The notes beneath the pieces were generated by a model, which ran no database searches, was not told where the DNA came from, and worked only from the letters and a program-made list of their open reading frames with translations. From contig NC_045138.2 of NCBI RefSeq assembly GCF_008831285.2, positions 5,580,001 through 5,644,000 of the forward strand: a stretch of 64,000 nt of DNA, in the 5' to 3' direction. Both the position numbers and the translations under genes were made by a program. This DNA is from Nymphaea colorata (Eukaryota). Shown here one piece after another: positions 37,638 to 52,301 of this stretch. Numbering within the stretch: the stretch's first letter is position 1; each line of letters begins with the position of its first letter.

Positions 37638-40600
37638 TCAAGTTGGAGGACAGATATCAATCTGTCCCAACTTGTTTATAATGCTTTGATGCTTCTCACG
37701 CGCAAGGCTCTTGGTGAAGATATCAGCCAACTGATTTTCACTTTTAACATGGCAAGTTTTGATAGTTCCATCTTGAATTTTTTCTCTAATGAAGTGACAG
37801 TCAACTTCAATGTGTTTGGTCATTTCATGAAAGACTGGATTTGCTCCGATATAGATTGCGGCCATATTATCACATATAAGCTTTATAGGGTTTCGCACAT
37901 CAATATTCATATCCTTCAGAAGGGCTTTAATCCACACAAGTTCACATGTACATCCAGCCATAGCTCTGTATTCTGCTTCAGCACTTGATCGAGCAACTAC
38001 AGACTGTTTTTTGCTTCTCCAAGTTACAAGATTTCCTCCAACGAATGTGCAGAAACCAGATGTGGATCTTCGATCATTTGGATCCCCTGCCCAGTCTGCA
38101 TCAGTATAACTCACGACATCTAAGGGCAGGTCACGTCTCATTAAAATTCCTTTTCCGGGGCATCTTTTCAAATACCTCAAGATTCTATGGGCAGCTTCAA
38201 TGTGAGTTGATCTTGGAGAATGCATAAACTGGCTAATGAGGCTTACAGCATATGATATGTCTGGTCTTGTAACAGTTAGATATATGAGCTTACCAACGAG
38301 TTTCTGAAAGCTTTGAATATTCTCGACTAGTTCTCCTTCATCTTTCTTTAATTTACAATTGGTTTCAAGTGGTGCTTCTGCTGGTTTGGCACCCAAGCAT
38401 CCTGTTTCTTTCAATAGATCTAAAGTATATTTCCTTTGGCAAAGAAAGACTCCTTTGTTTGAGTGTGCAACTTCAATCCCTAAGAAGAATCTTAGTATTC
38501 CCAAATCTTTGATTTCAAATAGCTGATTTAGATAGTCTTTGACGCGTGGCATAAAATCAACATCATCACCTGTCATTATTATGTCATCCACATAGACTAG
38601 GAGAATGCAAATTTTAGAATTCCTTAAAGACGTAAACATAGTATGATCAGCACTACTTCTTTTGAAGCCCATTTTTGAAAGTGTATCACTGAGACGAGAG
38701 AACCAAGCTCGCGGTGACTGTTTTAAACCATAAAGAGCCTTTTTCAACTTACATACGTACCTGTGTTCATTCTTTATGCCTTTTGGAGCCTCCATATAGA
38801 CTTCCTCGTTGAGATCACCATGAAGAAAAGCATTTTTCACATCAAGTTGAGTCAGAGGCCATTTCCTGTTTGCTGCTACTGAGATTAAAGTACGGACAGA
38901 ACTCATCTTTGCAATGGGAGCAAATGTTTTAGTATAGTCAATACCTTCAGTTTGAGTAAATCCTTTGGCGACCAAGCGAGCTTTATAGCGCTCTACACTT
39001 CCATCACTGTTATATTTTATTCGATAGACCCACTTGCATCCAACTAGCTTCTTGCCATCAGGTAGAGGAACAAGATCCCATGTCTGATTTTTTTTCAATG
39101 CTGCAAGCTCCTCTTCCATTGCATTACACCACTTTGGATCAGATTTTGCCTCCTCATAGGTTTTTGGTTCGTGTTGGGAGTATGTGTTTAGGATATAGGA
39201 TTTATAGTGAATGGGTAGATTTTCGAAAGATAGGTATTGGTCTATGGAATGTTTTTTGTTTGCTGTAAGATAGGTGTAATAGTCACTAAATTTTGTTGGT
39301 GCTCTAGTAGGCCGAGTGGATCGTCTAGTGGAATTTTCTGGTTGGCTTGGGTTACTGAAGTTGGAATTTAGCTCGGTGGAAAGAGTGTTGAGATTGATGT
39401 TGGTATCAGGTTGTTCAGTTCTTAGAGGCGGAAGTAAGGACACATCATTTTGGACGGTTTTGTCTACTTCAAAGTGGGGTTCAACATCGGCAATACGAGC
39501 TGCTTACTATCTTTAGGAGTTTCATAGCTGGTTTCAACCGTTGTCAGAGTGGACTGCTTGATGGGATTAGCAACATTCATCTCCCCCTGTTTTTGATGCT
39601 CAAAGAAAGATTCCTGTTCAAAAAACTTCACATCACGAGATATAAGTAACCTTCTAGTAACTGGATCATAACATTTGTACCCCTTCTTTCTGCTAGAATA
39701 GCCAAGGAAGATGCTTTTGACGGCACGTTTTTCAAATTTGTTCCTAAATTTTTCTTGTATATGAACATAACACTTGCATCCAAAAACTTTAAGATGCTTT
39801 ATAGAAATTTTTCTGTTGAGAAGAAGTTCTATAGGAACTTGATTTTCAATGCTGGAACTAGGTGCCCTGTTAACAATATAACAGGCCGTAGCAATAGCGT
39901 CATTCCAGAAACGAAAGGGAACATGCATGTGAGTCATAAGAGATCGAGCAATATTCAACAGTTGTTTATTTTTTCGTTCAGCCACTCCGTTCTGTTGAGG
40001 GGTACCTGCACAAGAAGACTGAGGTTGTATTCCTTCTCCTTTTAGAAAGGTTTCAAGGGCATCATTCACATATTCTCCTCCATTGTCAGAGCGAAGTTTT
40101 TTAATTTTGACTCCATATTGAGTATGCACCATATTAAAAAAATCTTTAAATGCACTAAAAACTTCACTCTTATATTTAAGAAAAAACAACCAAGTCATGC
40201 AAGTCTTATCATCAATAAATGAGACATAATATCTGAAGCCAGAGTATGACGCTTCTGGGGCTGGTCCCCAAACATCAGAGTGAACTAAATCAAAAATATC
40301 CTTTGATTTTTCCGTAGAAGATTGAAAAGGTAATCTCACAGACTTAGAAAATTCACAAGCATCACATGATTTATGTTCAACTGTAAGATTTGAAATAAGA
40401 CGAGTTAAGCTTTGATCGGAGATGTGACCAAGTCTGGCGTGCCAGGTCCAGTAGTGAGAATGTCGATCTTGCTGATAATTCACCATGAGGTTGCAACAAT
40501 TTTCGTCCATCACGTAAAGCCCATTCTGCTCATGCCCTCTACCAATCTCCCGTTTCGTCACACAATCCTGAAAAATCACATCCTTTGAAGAAAAAACAAC

Positions 40601-41904
40601 CAAACAATTGTGAGACTTGGTTAATTTGCTAACTGACATGAGATTTGCTGACAATTTTGGAATATATGAAACTTGAGATTTCTGCCCTTTCTTAAAAAAT
40701 ATTGTTTCACCGTATCCCTCAGCAGTAATGGGTGATCCATCAGCTGTAAAGACTGATCGTTGTCTTGTTTTGTCAATATTGATCAATTGTGTTAAATCAC
40801 TAGACATATGATAAGTGGCTCCTGTATCAATTACCCAAGTAGGATGATTTAAAGTAGCAGTCAAAGCAAGGTTATTACCTTCGGAATTGCTGACGGGCTG
40901 AGAAGATATTAAATTGGCCTTTGCGAACTTTTGAAAGAATTTCTCAAGATCATCCTTAGTGACAAAGTTGGCTGAATCAGGATTGGTGGAAGACACAGAA
41001 TTGGTGGAGGATGTCGCTTTGTCTTTTGTTGGTCTTCCAACAAGCTCCCAACATTTTTCACGAGTGTGACCAGACCGCTTGCAGTGGGTGCATCTAAATT
41101 TATTTCTTCCTTTCTGATAGCTGAAGTTGGCATTGGAAGGTTTGTTGGTGTTCAGATTTTTTTTGATCCCCCTTGACAAAGTCGGCTTGAGCGACGCACG
41201 CCATTTTTTTCACGGCTTTCTTCAAAAATTTCAGTTTTGGAGTTCATAACTTGTCTTCGTGCAGTCTCTCTTTGTAACATTTGACAGACATTGTTGAAGT
41301 TAGGCAGTGGAGTGGTATTGAGGATTTGACTCCTAATACCTTCATAATCGGCTCCTAAACCTGCCAACAACTTAAAGATTTTGTCTTCTTCAAATCGGAT
41401 CTTGTATGTATCTGGATCAGTCGTAGCAGGCCTATATTGCAGAAGTTCATCAAATCGACTTTTAAGTTCTCCTATGTAGAGATTCAGTGGCTTGTCACCT
41501 TTCATAAGATTTGCAATTTCGACTTGAATTTGATAAACCCGTGCGAGGTTATTTTGTTCGGAAAAGAGTTGTTTTAACTCATCCCAAATCTCCTTGGCAG
41601 TTTCTTGATACATAAACAGATTTGAAATAGAGGGTTCCATGGAATTGATGAGCCATGACATCACCATATCATTTTCAGATTGCCAATCGTCGAATCTAGG
41701 ATCTGACCTGTCAGGAGGACTAATCTTCCCGTTTACATATCCGACATTGGATCGACCGCTTAGAAATAGTCGAGCCGCCTTAGCCCAACTTAAGTAGTTG
41801 GTGCCATTCAAGAGGGTATTGGTGATTTTCAGGGGCTGGCTGCTTTGCTCGTTGCCACTGAGACGTCTTAAATTTTCTGTAGTCTCTTGCTGATTATTTG
41901 CCAT
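37638..41904 (-). CDS. Copia gag-pol polyprotein (gag-PR-IN-RT-RH), split by two frameshifts (~41180, ~39480)
   Basis: LNGTNYLSW, CTHCKRSGHTREKC, WVIDTGAT, HARLGH/CDAC, HSDVWGP, RSDNGGEY, GVAERKN, RYKARLVAKG, YVDD, DADWAG, ADIFTK. Confidence 0.93.
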
Positions 41905-42577
41905 GGAATAATAGAAAAAAACAAAGAACCCAACGCAGCTCACAAGGTTGCAAACAAGTTACTGATAATATACCAATAAGCAAACTTGGAAGGCGTAGAT
42001 TAAGTCCCTCGTTTCAGAATTTAAAGGAGCATATATGCACAATCAATCATGCTCACAGTAATCTCAAGTAAAGGAAGATGAGAAAAAAATCACCCGAATG
42101 AAGAAATTGTAGTTCCCCTTTAGAAAACCCAAGACGGCGATGGAAAACCCTTTTATCCTTCTCCTCGGATCCCAACAGCAGCAGCAGATAATGAAGAAGT
42201 CCTTCTTAGGAAAACTCCCCAACAGCAGCAGCGGATAATGAAGAAGTGCTGGCTAAGAGAACAGGCGGTGGTCGACAACGTTTATGTGCAGCAGTTAAAA
42301 AACAGGGGAGGCGCGAACAGGGGAGGTGCTGTTCGCTGCCTTCTTCCACCTCCTGCTTGTCGTCGCCGACACCCAAATCCCCAGCATCCACACCGGCGAG
42401 TAGTGGGAGAGCGCACTCCAACGCTGCCTTTTACAGTGGCAGCATTAGAAAACAGGTGGCACTAGAAAAACAGGAAAGGCGGTGGTGATCTGATACCTCC
42501 CTGTTACACTCACGACCTGCCTCCAAGTTGCAGAAGAAAGAAACAGTGGCGGCTTCACATATCCCGCTCTGATACCA

Positions 42578-42898
42578 TGATAGAAAACATGAGAAGGAAG
42601 CGACAAGGAAGGGAGCAACTGCAATTTTACGTGGTTCGGCACTTTGACCTACGTCCACAGAAGAAGAAGAGGCTGCTGTTTTATTTATCCTCACACCCTT
42701 ACAATCAAAGAGAAAAAAGGGGGTTTTATACATTTCAAAGGGACGATAACCAGGAAGCCGTTATTTGATCTTTCCATAAAACAGAAAAGATTTTCTTCCT
42801 TCTCATCGTGACTTTCCTTCCTTCTCATTGTAACTGCAAAATATTGTTGATCTTGATTTTTTTGGCAGCAACAATCTTCTTCCACAAATCTCGCAACA
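42578..42898 (-). repeat. 5' LTR of the Ale-like element
   Basis: Identical to 37308-37628; adjacent tRNA-iMet PBS. Confidence 0.96.
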
Positions 42899-44323
42899 AG
42901 TCGGCCGCTGTTAGAAGGTTTTGAATGCCTTGGATACGATCATGCCATGTTTGGATTCAGCCCATGTGGACCTCACTATGGTGAACTCCGCAAGATTGTC
43001 GCCATCGAGCTGCTGTCGAGTTGAGCTGCTCAAGCACATCCGGGTCGACGAGGTGGGCTTCTTGATGATGGGGCGCCTGTACGGCAGTTGCTGCAGCCAT
43101 GAACCGGCCGAGATGAAGCAGCATTTGAGCTGGTTGGCCTTGAACATCGTCCTCAGATGGTCGCTGGAAAACGGTCCTTTGATTTAGACAGTGAAGGAAA
43201 AGAGTTTAGTGAAGCTTTGGATGAGTTTGTCACTCTACTTGGTATGTTCACCGTCTCTCCACAAAGCCAAGAAGAGGGTTCACCTTAAGATGAATGAAGT
43301 TGCCTCGGCTTGGCTTGCAAAGACGGCCACCGCTATGGTACGTTACCACCTCTCCCTCTTTTCCTCCCGTTTGTTCTTAAGTAAAGAAAGCACTAAAATC
43401 GCTAAGCTATTGTCAACCGCCATTTGCAAGGAATTTCCTAACGTCAAACTTGAGAGATTTTGGCAGTAAAAAAAAATATACATAACATACTTATCGTGCG
43501 TTTGACAGTTTGGATTTCAGATTCTTTTGTCACATACCACGCCAGGTTTATATGAGATTTATGGATTTCAGACCCGAAGTAATCAAACTCATCTTTTGTT
43601 TTTCTAATATTTAATTATCAAAAAGTTTGGTCGCCATGTCTATTTAATATTTTGGATTTTTCTTACTAACCGATTTTGATGTTTGTTTCTTTTTGTGATT
43701 TAAGTTATTTTTTTATAACTTTCACCATTTTCTTGTCATTTTAGCTTGTGCCATCACCTTGCCAACTATTTAACCAGATTTCTTTCCATCGAGCTCTCAT
43801 CATCCTTACCAAATTTCATATTTTTATTTTGTAACTTCTTTTTAGAAAATTTTCTAAGACATCCTTAAAAATAATTAAAAGAAAAAGACACTTAACCTGA
43901 ACTTTCATATTGCTAAAAATACCCTTAGGCTTCGCACTACTAATAAAAAGCTTTTTTTTTTCAAAAAGGCCACAATTTCTAAGCAGATTTGTTAATTTGT
44001 ATTATTTTTTTACTGCTTCGATAACATTAATGCATGATTAGTTATATCTAAATGACTTTGTTTTCTATCTATATACTTAAAACAATTATAAAATTTTTTT
44101 TGTTAGCGTTATAATGATTTTGAAGGAAATTAAACCTAAATACAATTAATTTACTTGTCAATTTAGCAAGAAAAGCAGAGACATTCCCCTCTTTCCATTG
44201 CCTTCAAGGTGCAAGGTTGTTTTTGGTCCTTAAGATGCTCCTACACGAATCAAATTGACGATCAGACAACAATCTGTCAATCTGACCAACTACAGTCTAC
44301 ACTCAATTGATGCACTACCTTAT

Positions 44324-44399
<76 letters not shown>

Positions 44400-47115
44400 A
44401 TAAAAAAGTGAAAACATATAGGTTGCATTTATTTCACCATGGATTTGAGATTCTCTGTGATCTGATATCCCTAGGATCTCAAATCCATGAATTTAAGATC
44501 ATATACTTCTTCCTCCCTCTCTCCCCCACCCAAAAAAAAAAAATCTGATCTTAAATTAATGGTTTTGAATAAGGATGTGTGGTTCTCTTTGATTTCAAAT
44601 TCTCGAGATTTGAGAACTATGGATCCTCGTGATTTGAGACCTATAGGTTTATTATCAGACCCCCAATTTTATATTTAAAAGGCGTTTGATTGCCTTGGAT
44701 CTGAAATTTGAGGTGATTTGGGATCATTGTGAATCTCAAATCCACATTTTTTGCCTCACACCCCCTCAAATCTCAAATTCTTCTTTTTCACGTATTGGTA
44801 AAAATCTAGTGTTTGTTGGTCTTACACAAAAGGGACTTTACTATGGCCCTTTACTTCCTCTGATAACAAATCACACTTGAGTGGGCTCTCTCTCTCTCTC
44901 TCTTCACAACACCACATATCTTAAAGAAAGCCCAAGATGAATTGGACTACCATGTGGGCAAAGACCAACAAGCGGAAGAATCAGACATCAACAACTTGCC
45001 TTACTTGCAGGCCATAGTCAAAGAGTCAATGCGCCTATACCCAGCGACACTGCTTTTGCTCCCACACAAGTCAATGGAACCCATTCAACTTGGTGGGTTC
45101 GACGTGCCGGTTGGCTCAACGCTGTTTGTTAATGCGTGGAAGATTCATCGTGACCCGACATTGTGCACGGACCCAAAACAGTTCAAGCAAGAGAGGTTCT
45201 TGACCAGCGGCAATGAGATGACCAGCTTTGGTGGTCAGGACTTTGCGTTCTTGCCATTTGGGTCAGGAAGGAGGTTTTGAGTCGGCTGGCGGATGGCCAT
45301 GCAAGTTCTTCACTTAACGTTGGCATACTTGCTGCAGCGCTTTGAATGGTCTACGCTCAAGTCTGAGCCGGTTGACATGACCGAGGGACATGGCCTGGCC
45401 CTACCCAAAGCAACTCCGCTTAGAGTCCTTTTGAGACCCCCTCCCCTTCCCTACCTCTATTAGTGAAACTATTGAGAGTACTTGTTTCTAATGTGTGCTA
45501 TAATATTGTCGATGATATGGCAGATTCATAATTTCATTTTTGTAACCAAATTTTTCTGAGTGCAATTTGAAACGAAGAATGAGGTCATAAGAAATTAAAA
45601 TGTTAGTTAAAAAAAAAATTTTGGATATTGCATGTTAATTAATTCATGTTGGGTTGTTTAAATAGGTAATAAGTCTCATTTCCAAACGGTTTGCTGCAAC
45701 TGCGGGAGCATGGGCTGGTAGGAGGCCAGTTCCCTCAATTATTTTACCATTTTTAAGAAATGAGTAAAAACATTAAAAATATCTGTAGAAAATTTTACTA
45801 CCAATAATAATTCTGTAATCAATAGTGTCCCCTATGTGATTTCTGTATGCATAGTTCCCATGGATGGACATTCCATTTCAATATACGTAATGTTATTCTG
45901 AAAACAAATTACAATGCTACTCACTTACAAAATATTCATTTAGATAATAAAATTAGATAAGATTTTCACGGTAAGCATCCAACAATGCTATTCACTTACA
46001 AAAGAAGTACCATCCAATCTATCCAACCATTTAGTTTGTGTTTGATTAATGCAAATTTGGTTCTTGCTCTCTCCCTTTACGGGTGTGCTGCCAGCCTGCA
46101 AGTGTTTTTGCAATGCCGATTACATGCACCACACAGTTTATGGGTTTTTTTTTTTTGTGAGGTGCAAAAATGAATAGAGTATCCTTATCTATAAAAAGAA
46201 ACAAACCTACAAAAATAAAAGATGGAAAGTGGAAGATAAAAAGTTCTAATGTGTTTGTTTTCTTTTTTTGAAAATGGCTAAAATGTCCTTATTACTTTTT
46301 TGGTGCATATTTATTACTTGCACTAGGGTGGTCCTCCCAACCGGGTCCATCTAGTTCATTTGTGGTTGGCTTTATGTCTGCTAAATATTTTAATGTCTAC
46401 AAGGCTATTTGGTAATAGTACCAGTTTGTTATTGGTTCATGAATATGGCGCAAAAATTAAAGCACATTCATTTAATATTGTCTGGATTCATGGAATAATG
46501 ACAATTCAACCCGCCTTCAAAATATCATAGTGCAAAGGATGGAAGAATGCTATTGGTAAAGCCTAAGAAGGAGGTCGCCATCATTGTCCTATGGTAATCC
46601 CTTGTGGGGTCGCCAAGATCTCCAAGGCCAATCATCAAACAAACACATTTTCATATATTGGGTTACGTAAAATATTGGTATAAACCAAACAAATCGGTCA
46701 CCGACAAAAACCAAACCTTTTAAATATGATGTTTAAAGTATTTTGTTGAACTATAACCGTGCCAATATGATCTTAAGGATATGTTGATGTGAAATGCATA
46801 TTAAGTTGATCCATTTCTAAGTTTTAATAATGTTTTTATGACAAGAAAAAATGAATGGTTGTCATAGCATCAGCATTTTGATAATAGGAAAATCAATATT
46901 TTTTGTGTAAAAACAAGTTGATTCATAACATGTTAGCATGTGTTATATGAAAATATATTTTATAAATATACGAGGATGGTTATATTTTATTGAAAATAAC
47001 TTTTTAATAAAAAATTAAGAGGTTTGTTTCTTTTTATTGCAGACAAGAGTTTTATGTTATATACACACAAAAGTAGCTACCAAGTACCGAGACTGCAAAT
47101 ACCATCACCACATCT

Positions 47116-48568
47116 ATGATTCCATCAAGCTCGCAGCAGAGAGCTTATGTAATATTTGAAAAAAGGAGAATAGAGAAGCAACATGCGGACTACCAGAACC
47201 CAACGGTTCTTGGCCAATATTAAGATATACTTCATCCAGCTGACCGGAACCACACCTCTCTATAGAACTCTTGCTGCTCTTTCAGAAAAGCACGGGCCTC
47301 TCTTCAGTCTCCAACTGGGACAGAGGTGTGTCATTGTGGTGGGCAGCATGGCCCTCGCCAAGGAGTGCTTCACTGTCAATGACAGAGCCTTCGCCGGTCG
47401 GCCGCCGCTAGAAGGTTGGAAACGCCTTGGCTACAATCGTGCCATGTTCGCATTCAGCCCATATGGACCTTACTTTGGTGAACTCCGCAAGATCGTCGCC
47501 ATCGAGCTGCTGTCACGCAACTCGAGCTGGTCAAGCACATCCGGCTCCTTTGTCCGGCGCTTCTACCGCAGCCGGTCGAGATGAAGCAGCATTCAAGCTG
47601 CTTTAGTGAAGCTCTGGATGAGTTTGTCAATGTACTTGGTACGTTCACCGTCTCTGACACGATCCCATTGCTGCGGTGGCTAGATGTGGGTGGTCACCTC
47701 ATGGCCATGTAGGTCATGAAGAGGGTTCAAATGAAGCTGGATGAAGCTTGCAGAGCACCACCAAAAGGAATCCAATATCGCCGGAATCCGATAGCCCCGG
47801 CCAGAAGAGGGACTTGATTGACGTGCTCATAAAGAATTAAAAGTCGTCCAGTTGTCGGAAAATAATCAAACTGATGCCATAATTAAAGCCATCGCTATGG
47901 TACGTTACCACCTTCCCCTCCTGTTTGTTCTTAAAGCACTAAAATCACAAAGCTATTGTCGACGGCCATTTGTAGAGAATTTCCTAACGTCACACTTGAG
48001 AGATTTTGACAGTTAAAAAAAAATACATAAAATACTGGTCGGACGTTTGACAGTTTGGTTTTCAAATTATTAGGACTTTAAAACCTTCAGGTTCATATGA
48101 GATTTATGGATTTCAGACCCGAAGTAATCAAACTCCTCCTAAGTTTTTCTAATGGTTAACTACCAAAAAGTTTTGGTAGCCGTGTTTATTTTTCTATAAC
48201 TTTTTGTGATATAAGTTTATTTTTCTATAACTTTCAACATTTTCTTGTCATTTTAGCTTGTGCCATCACCTTGCCAACTATTTAACCATATTTCTTTCCA
48301 TCGAGCTATCATGATCCTTACTAAATTTGATATTTTTATTTTGTAACTTCTTGTTAGAAATTTTTCTAAGACATACTTAAAAATAATTAAAAGAAAAGGT
48401 CATCTAACGTTAAGTTTCATATTGCTAAAAAGACCTTTAGGTTTTGCACTACCAATAAAAAACTAATTTTTTTTTTCAAAAAGGCCACAATTTGTAAGTT
48501 GATTTGTCATTTTTATTAATTTTTTTACTGCTTCAATAACATTAATGCATGATTAGTTATATCTGAAT

Positions 48569-48616
<48 letters not shown>

Positions 48617-50508
48617 TTAAAAGAATTATGTGATTTTTTGTTAACGTTATAATGATTTTGAGGGAAATCAAGCCTAAATGCAATTAATTTACTTGCCAAT
48701 TTAGCACGAAAAGCCGACACTTTTCCCTCTTCTCATTGCCTTCAAAGTCCAAGGTCGTTTCTGGGCCTCAGGATGCTATACTTGTCCCTACTTCAAGCCT
48801 AAATATAGTTTATTGAGTTAACAGATTGAATTTTTACAGATTTAAGAAGCACTGGATAATCTTTTGCACCTTTTCTATTATATCGATTAAAAAAAAAAAA
48901 ACTTTGGTGTATTTTGTGGATTTGTGCATGTTAGCTGCAGTTTCTATTATTGCCAAATTTTTAATATATTGTTAAAAATTTGCGATATTTTTTCGCATCT
49001 TTCTTCCATCTCCATGGTAATTCATTCTTTTAAGCGAATAACGTAAGGAGTTTACAAACCAACCAACTTTTTTGAACCTCATCGACAGATCAAATTTGGG
49101 TTGGACCCAAGCATCCTCCATTTCAACTTTATGGATCCGAATTAGACTTGGATTTTGATTTTTTCTTTTGAAACCAGAACCGATCCAATTAACCTTTGAT
49201 TTTATATATATATATATATATAAGTCCATAAAAAAAGTGAAAACGTTTATTTCACCGTGGATTTGAGATCCACTCTGATCTGATATCCCTAGGATCTCAA
49301 ATCCATGAATTTAAGATCGGATACCCTTTCCTCCCTCTCTCCACCACCCAGGAAAAAAAAATATGATCTTAAATTAGTGGGTTTTAATAAGGACGTTTGG
49401 TTCTCTTTGATTTTAAATCCTCAAGATTTGAGAACCATGGATCCTCATGATTTGAGACCTATAGGTTTAATATCAGACCTCCATCGAATTTTATATTTAA
49501 AAGGCGTTTGATTGCCTTGGATCGGAAATTTGCGGTGATTTGGGATCATTGTGAATCTCAAATCCACATACTTTACGTCACACCCCCTCCCGTGGGACAT
49601 CGAATATGGTTTGGATATCAACCAAGGATCTCAAATTCTTCTTTTTCACATACTGGTAAAAATCTAGTGTTTGTTTTTCTTACACAAAAGGGACATTAGA
49701 TCAGCCTAGGATCTGGGATCTCAAACACACATTTTGTTCAAATGGCTTCACTGAATGTACTTTGTTCTATACATATTTAGATCATTCCTCTGATAGCATA
49801 AAAGAAATGGCCCTCTACCAAAGCTTTACTGTTGTTTGCTTGTGACTCCTTTAATTCTCTAGTATTAGTTACCACTAATCTCCATTGTCCTGAACTATTC
49901 CAGGTTTTGGTAGTTGCCGGGACGGAGGCCACAGCAATCACACTTGAGTGGGCTCTCTCTCTCTTGCTAAACAACCCACATATCTTAAAGAAAGCCCAAG
50001 ATGAGTTGGACTACCATGTGGGCAAAGACTGACAAGTGGACGAACCAGACAACAACAACTTGCCTTACTTGCAGACTTATACCCAGACGACACCGCTTTT
50101 GCTCTCACACGAGTCATTGGGACCCATTCAACTTGGTGGGTTCGACATGTCGGTTGATTGAACCCTGTTTGTTAACGCGTGGAAGATTCATCACAACCCA
50201 CATTGTGGACGGACCCAGAAGAGTTGAAGCCAGAGAGGTTCTTGAGCAGCGGCAATGAGATGACCAGCTTTGGTGGTCAGGACTTTGTGTTCTTGCCATT
50301 TGGGTCGGGAAGGAGGTTCTGCGTCGGCTGGCGGATGACCATGCAATTTATTCACTTAACTTTGGCACGCTTGCTGCAGGGCTTTGAATGGTCTACGCCC
50401 AAGGATGAGCCGGTTGACATGACCGAGGGACATGGCCTAGTCCTGCCCAAAGCAACTCTGTTTAGAGTCCTTTTGAGGCTTCATCTCCCTCCCCACCTCC
50501 AGTTGTGA
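47116..50508 (+). pseudogene. CYP82-like pseudogene (copy B), near-identical inverse of 21061-24447
   Basis: Frameshifted exon 1 (to ~47899); exon 2 with TGA at 50030-50032 and a deletion removing ExxR. Confidence 0.9.
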
Positions 50509-52236
50509 AACTATTGATAGTGCTTGTTTCTAGTGTGTGCTATAATATTTCCAATGATATGGCAGATTCATAATTTGAAACGAAGAATGAGGTCATAAGA
50601 AATTAGAATGTTAGATAAAAGGAAAATTGTGGATGTTGCATGTTAATTAATTGATATCAGTTGGGGTGTTTGAATAGGTAATAAGTCTCATTTCCAAAGG
50701 GTTTGCTGCAACGGCCGGGGCAGTGGATTGTAGGCGGCCAGTTCCTTCAATTATTTTTCCATTTTTAAGAAATGAGTAAAAACTTTTAAAATATCTGTAG
50801 AAAATTTTACTACCAATAATAATTCTGTAATCAATAGCGTCACGTATGTGATTTCTGTATGCATAGTTCCATGGATGGACATTCCATTTCAATATACGTA
50901 ATGTTATTCTGGAAACAAATTACAATGCATACAGAAACATTCATTTAGATAATAAAATAAGATAACATTTTCACGATAAAATACTAAAGTAGTAGTGATC
51001 TAAAGGGAGCTTAAAAGTGAACAAAAGAAGTACCATCTAGATCTATCCAACCATTTACGTTGCCTTTGATTACAGCAGATTTGATATCCACTGTTTTTAA
51101 ATCCGAACCCAAATCCAATTTCAAATTCACACTTTTATACCAAACTGGGGATTTAAAAGACTAACAAGAAGCAGCTCTTGGCAAGACGGAACATATACCT
51201 CCCAAAATAATCCCGCATAGATTTTTCTTGCACCACAGAGTTTGTGGTTTTTTTTTTTTTGCGTATTGAGGTGTAAAAATGACTCATCTATAAAAGAGAC
51301 AATCCTACAAAGATAAAAGATGGAAAGTGGAAGATATAAAGTCCTCAATATGTTTGTTTTCTTTTTTGAAAACGGCAAAAATGTCCCTATGCCTTTTTTG
51401 GTGTGCATTTATTGCATGCACTAGGGTGGTGCTCACAACTGGGTCCACCTAGTTCTTTTGTGGTTGGCTTTCTAATGTGTGCAAAATTTTTTAATGTCTA
51501 CATAAATTAAAGCACATTCATATTTAATATTGTCATAGTGTCCCATTAATCTACTCCATAGATTCATGGGATCATGACACATTGCTCATATTATCAAATG
51601 GTCTCAATCTGGTCCACAGGAATGATGCGGCTGTTGTGGATTATATGGTTCTAACAATTCAATCAGTCTCCAAAATATCATATTGCAAACGATAGAAGAA
51701 TGCTATTGGTAGTAAAGTCTAAGTCTAAGAAGGAGGCTACCATCATTGTCCTATAGTGATCTCTTGTGGGGTGGACAAGATCTCCAAGCCCAATCATCAA
51801 AGAAACTCATCCATATATGAGGAATATTGATTGGTATAAACCAAACAAATAGGTCAAGGACAAAAACCAAACCTTTAACTATGATGTTTAAAGCGTTTTT
51901 TTTGGAAGTATAACCGTACCAATATGATATTAAGGATAGGTAATATGATATTAAGGATAGGTTGATGTGAAATATATATTAATTTGATCCATTTCTAGGT
52001 TTTAATAGTGTTTTTATGACAAGAAAATAAATGAATGGCTGTCATAGCGTCTACATTTTGATAATAGAAAAAACAACATTTTTCGTGTGTAAAAACAAGT
52101 TGATTCAAAGCACGTGTTATATCAAAATATTTTTTTATAAATATATTAGAATGGTTATATTTTATTTTAAGATAACTTTTTAACCAAAAAATTAAAATGT
52201 TTATTTCTTTTTTTCTCTTACCTAAGTGTTTTGTGG

Positions 52237-52246
52237 TATATATATA
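52237..52246 (+). promoter_or_regulatory. TATA-like element of the intact CYP gene
   Basis: TATATATATA about 60 bp upstream of the ATG; similar tract at the same place in paralogs. Confidence 0.4.
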
Positions 52247-52301
52247 CAAACATAGCTACCAAGCACCAAGCACCAAGACTGAAAATACCCTCACCACATC
52301 T

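Larger units (their letters stand above)
37308..42898 (-). mobile_element. Full-length young Ty1/copia LTR retrotransposon (Ale/Retrofit-like), 5591 bp
   Basis: Two 321-bp TG...CA LTRs identical by eye; PBS TGGTATCAGAGC (42577-42566); PPT TGAGGGGGAGAT (37640-37629); TSD GGTCG/AGTCG. Confidence 0.97.
37141..45462 (+). pseudogene. CYP82-like pseudogene (copy C), exon 1 interrupted by a copia element
   Basis: Exon-1 remnants 37141-37307 and 42899-43337; exon-2 acceptor deleted; heme Cys codon is TGA (45278-45280). Confidence 0.88.

Noticed and set aside
42206..42885. Several overlapping short ORFs on both strands
   Set aside because: They fall in the GC-rich 5' UTR and LTR of the copia element and have no protein signature.
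52197..52301. 35-aa N-terminal extension of the CYP ORF, and similar intron read-through extensions at 53208-53273 and 54401-54514
   Set aside because: These cover TATA/5' UTR or intron sequence; the conserved start is MDS at 52302 and the splice sites are canonical.
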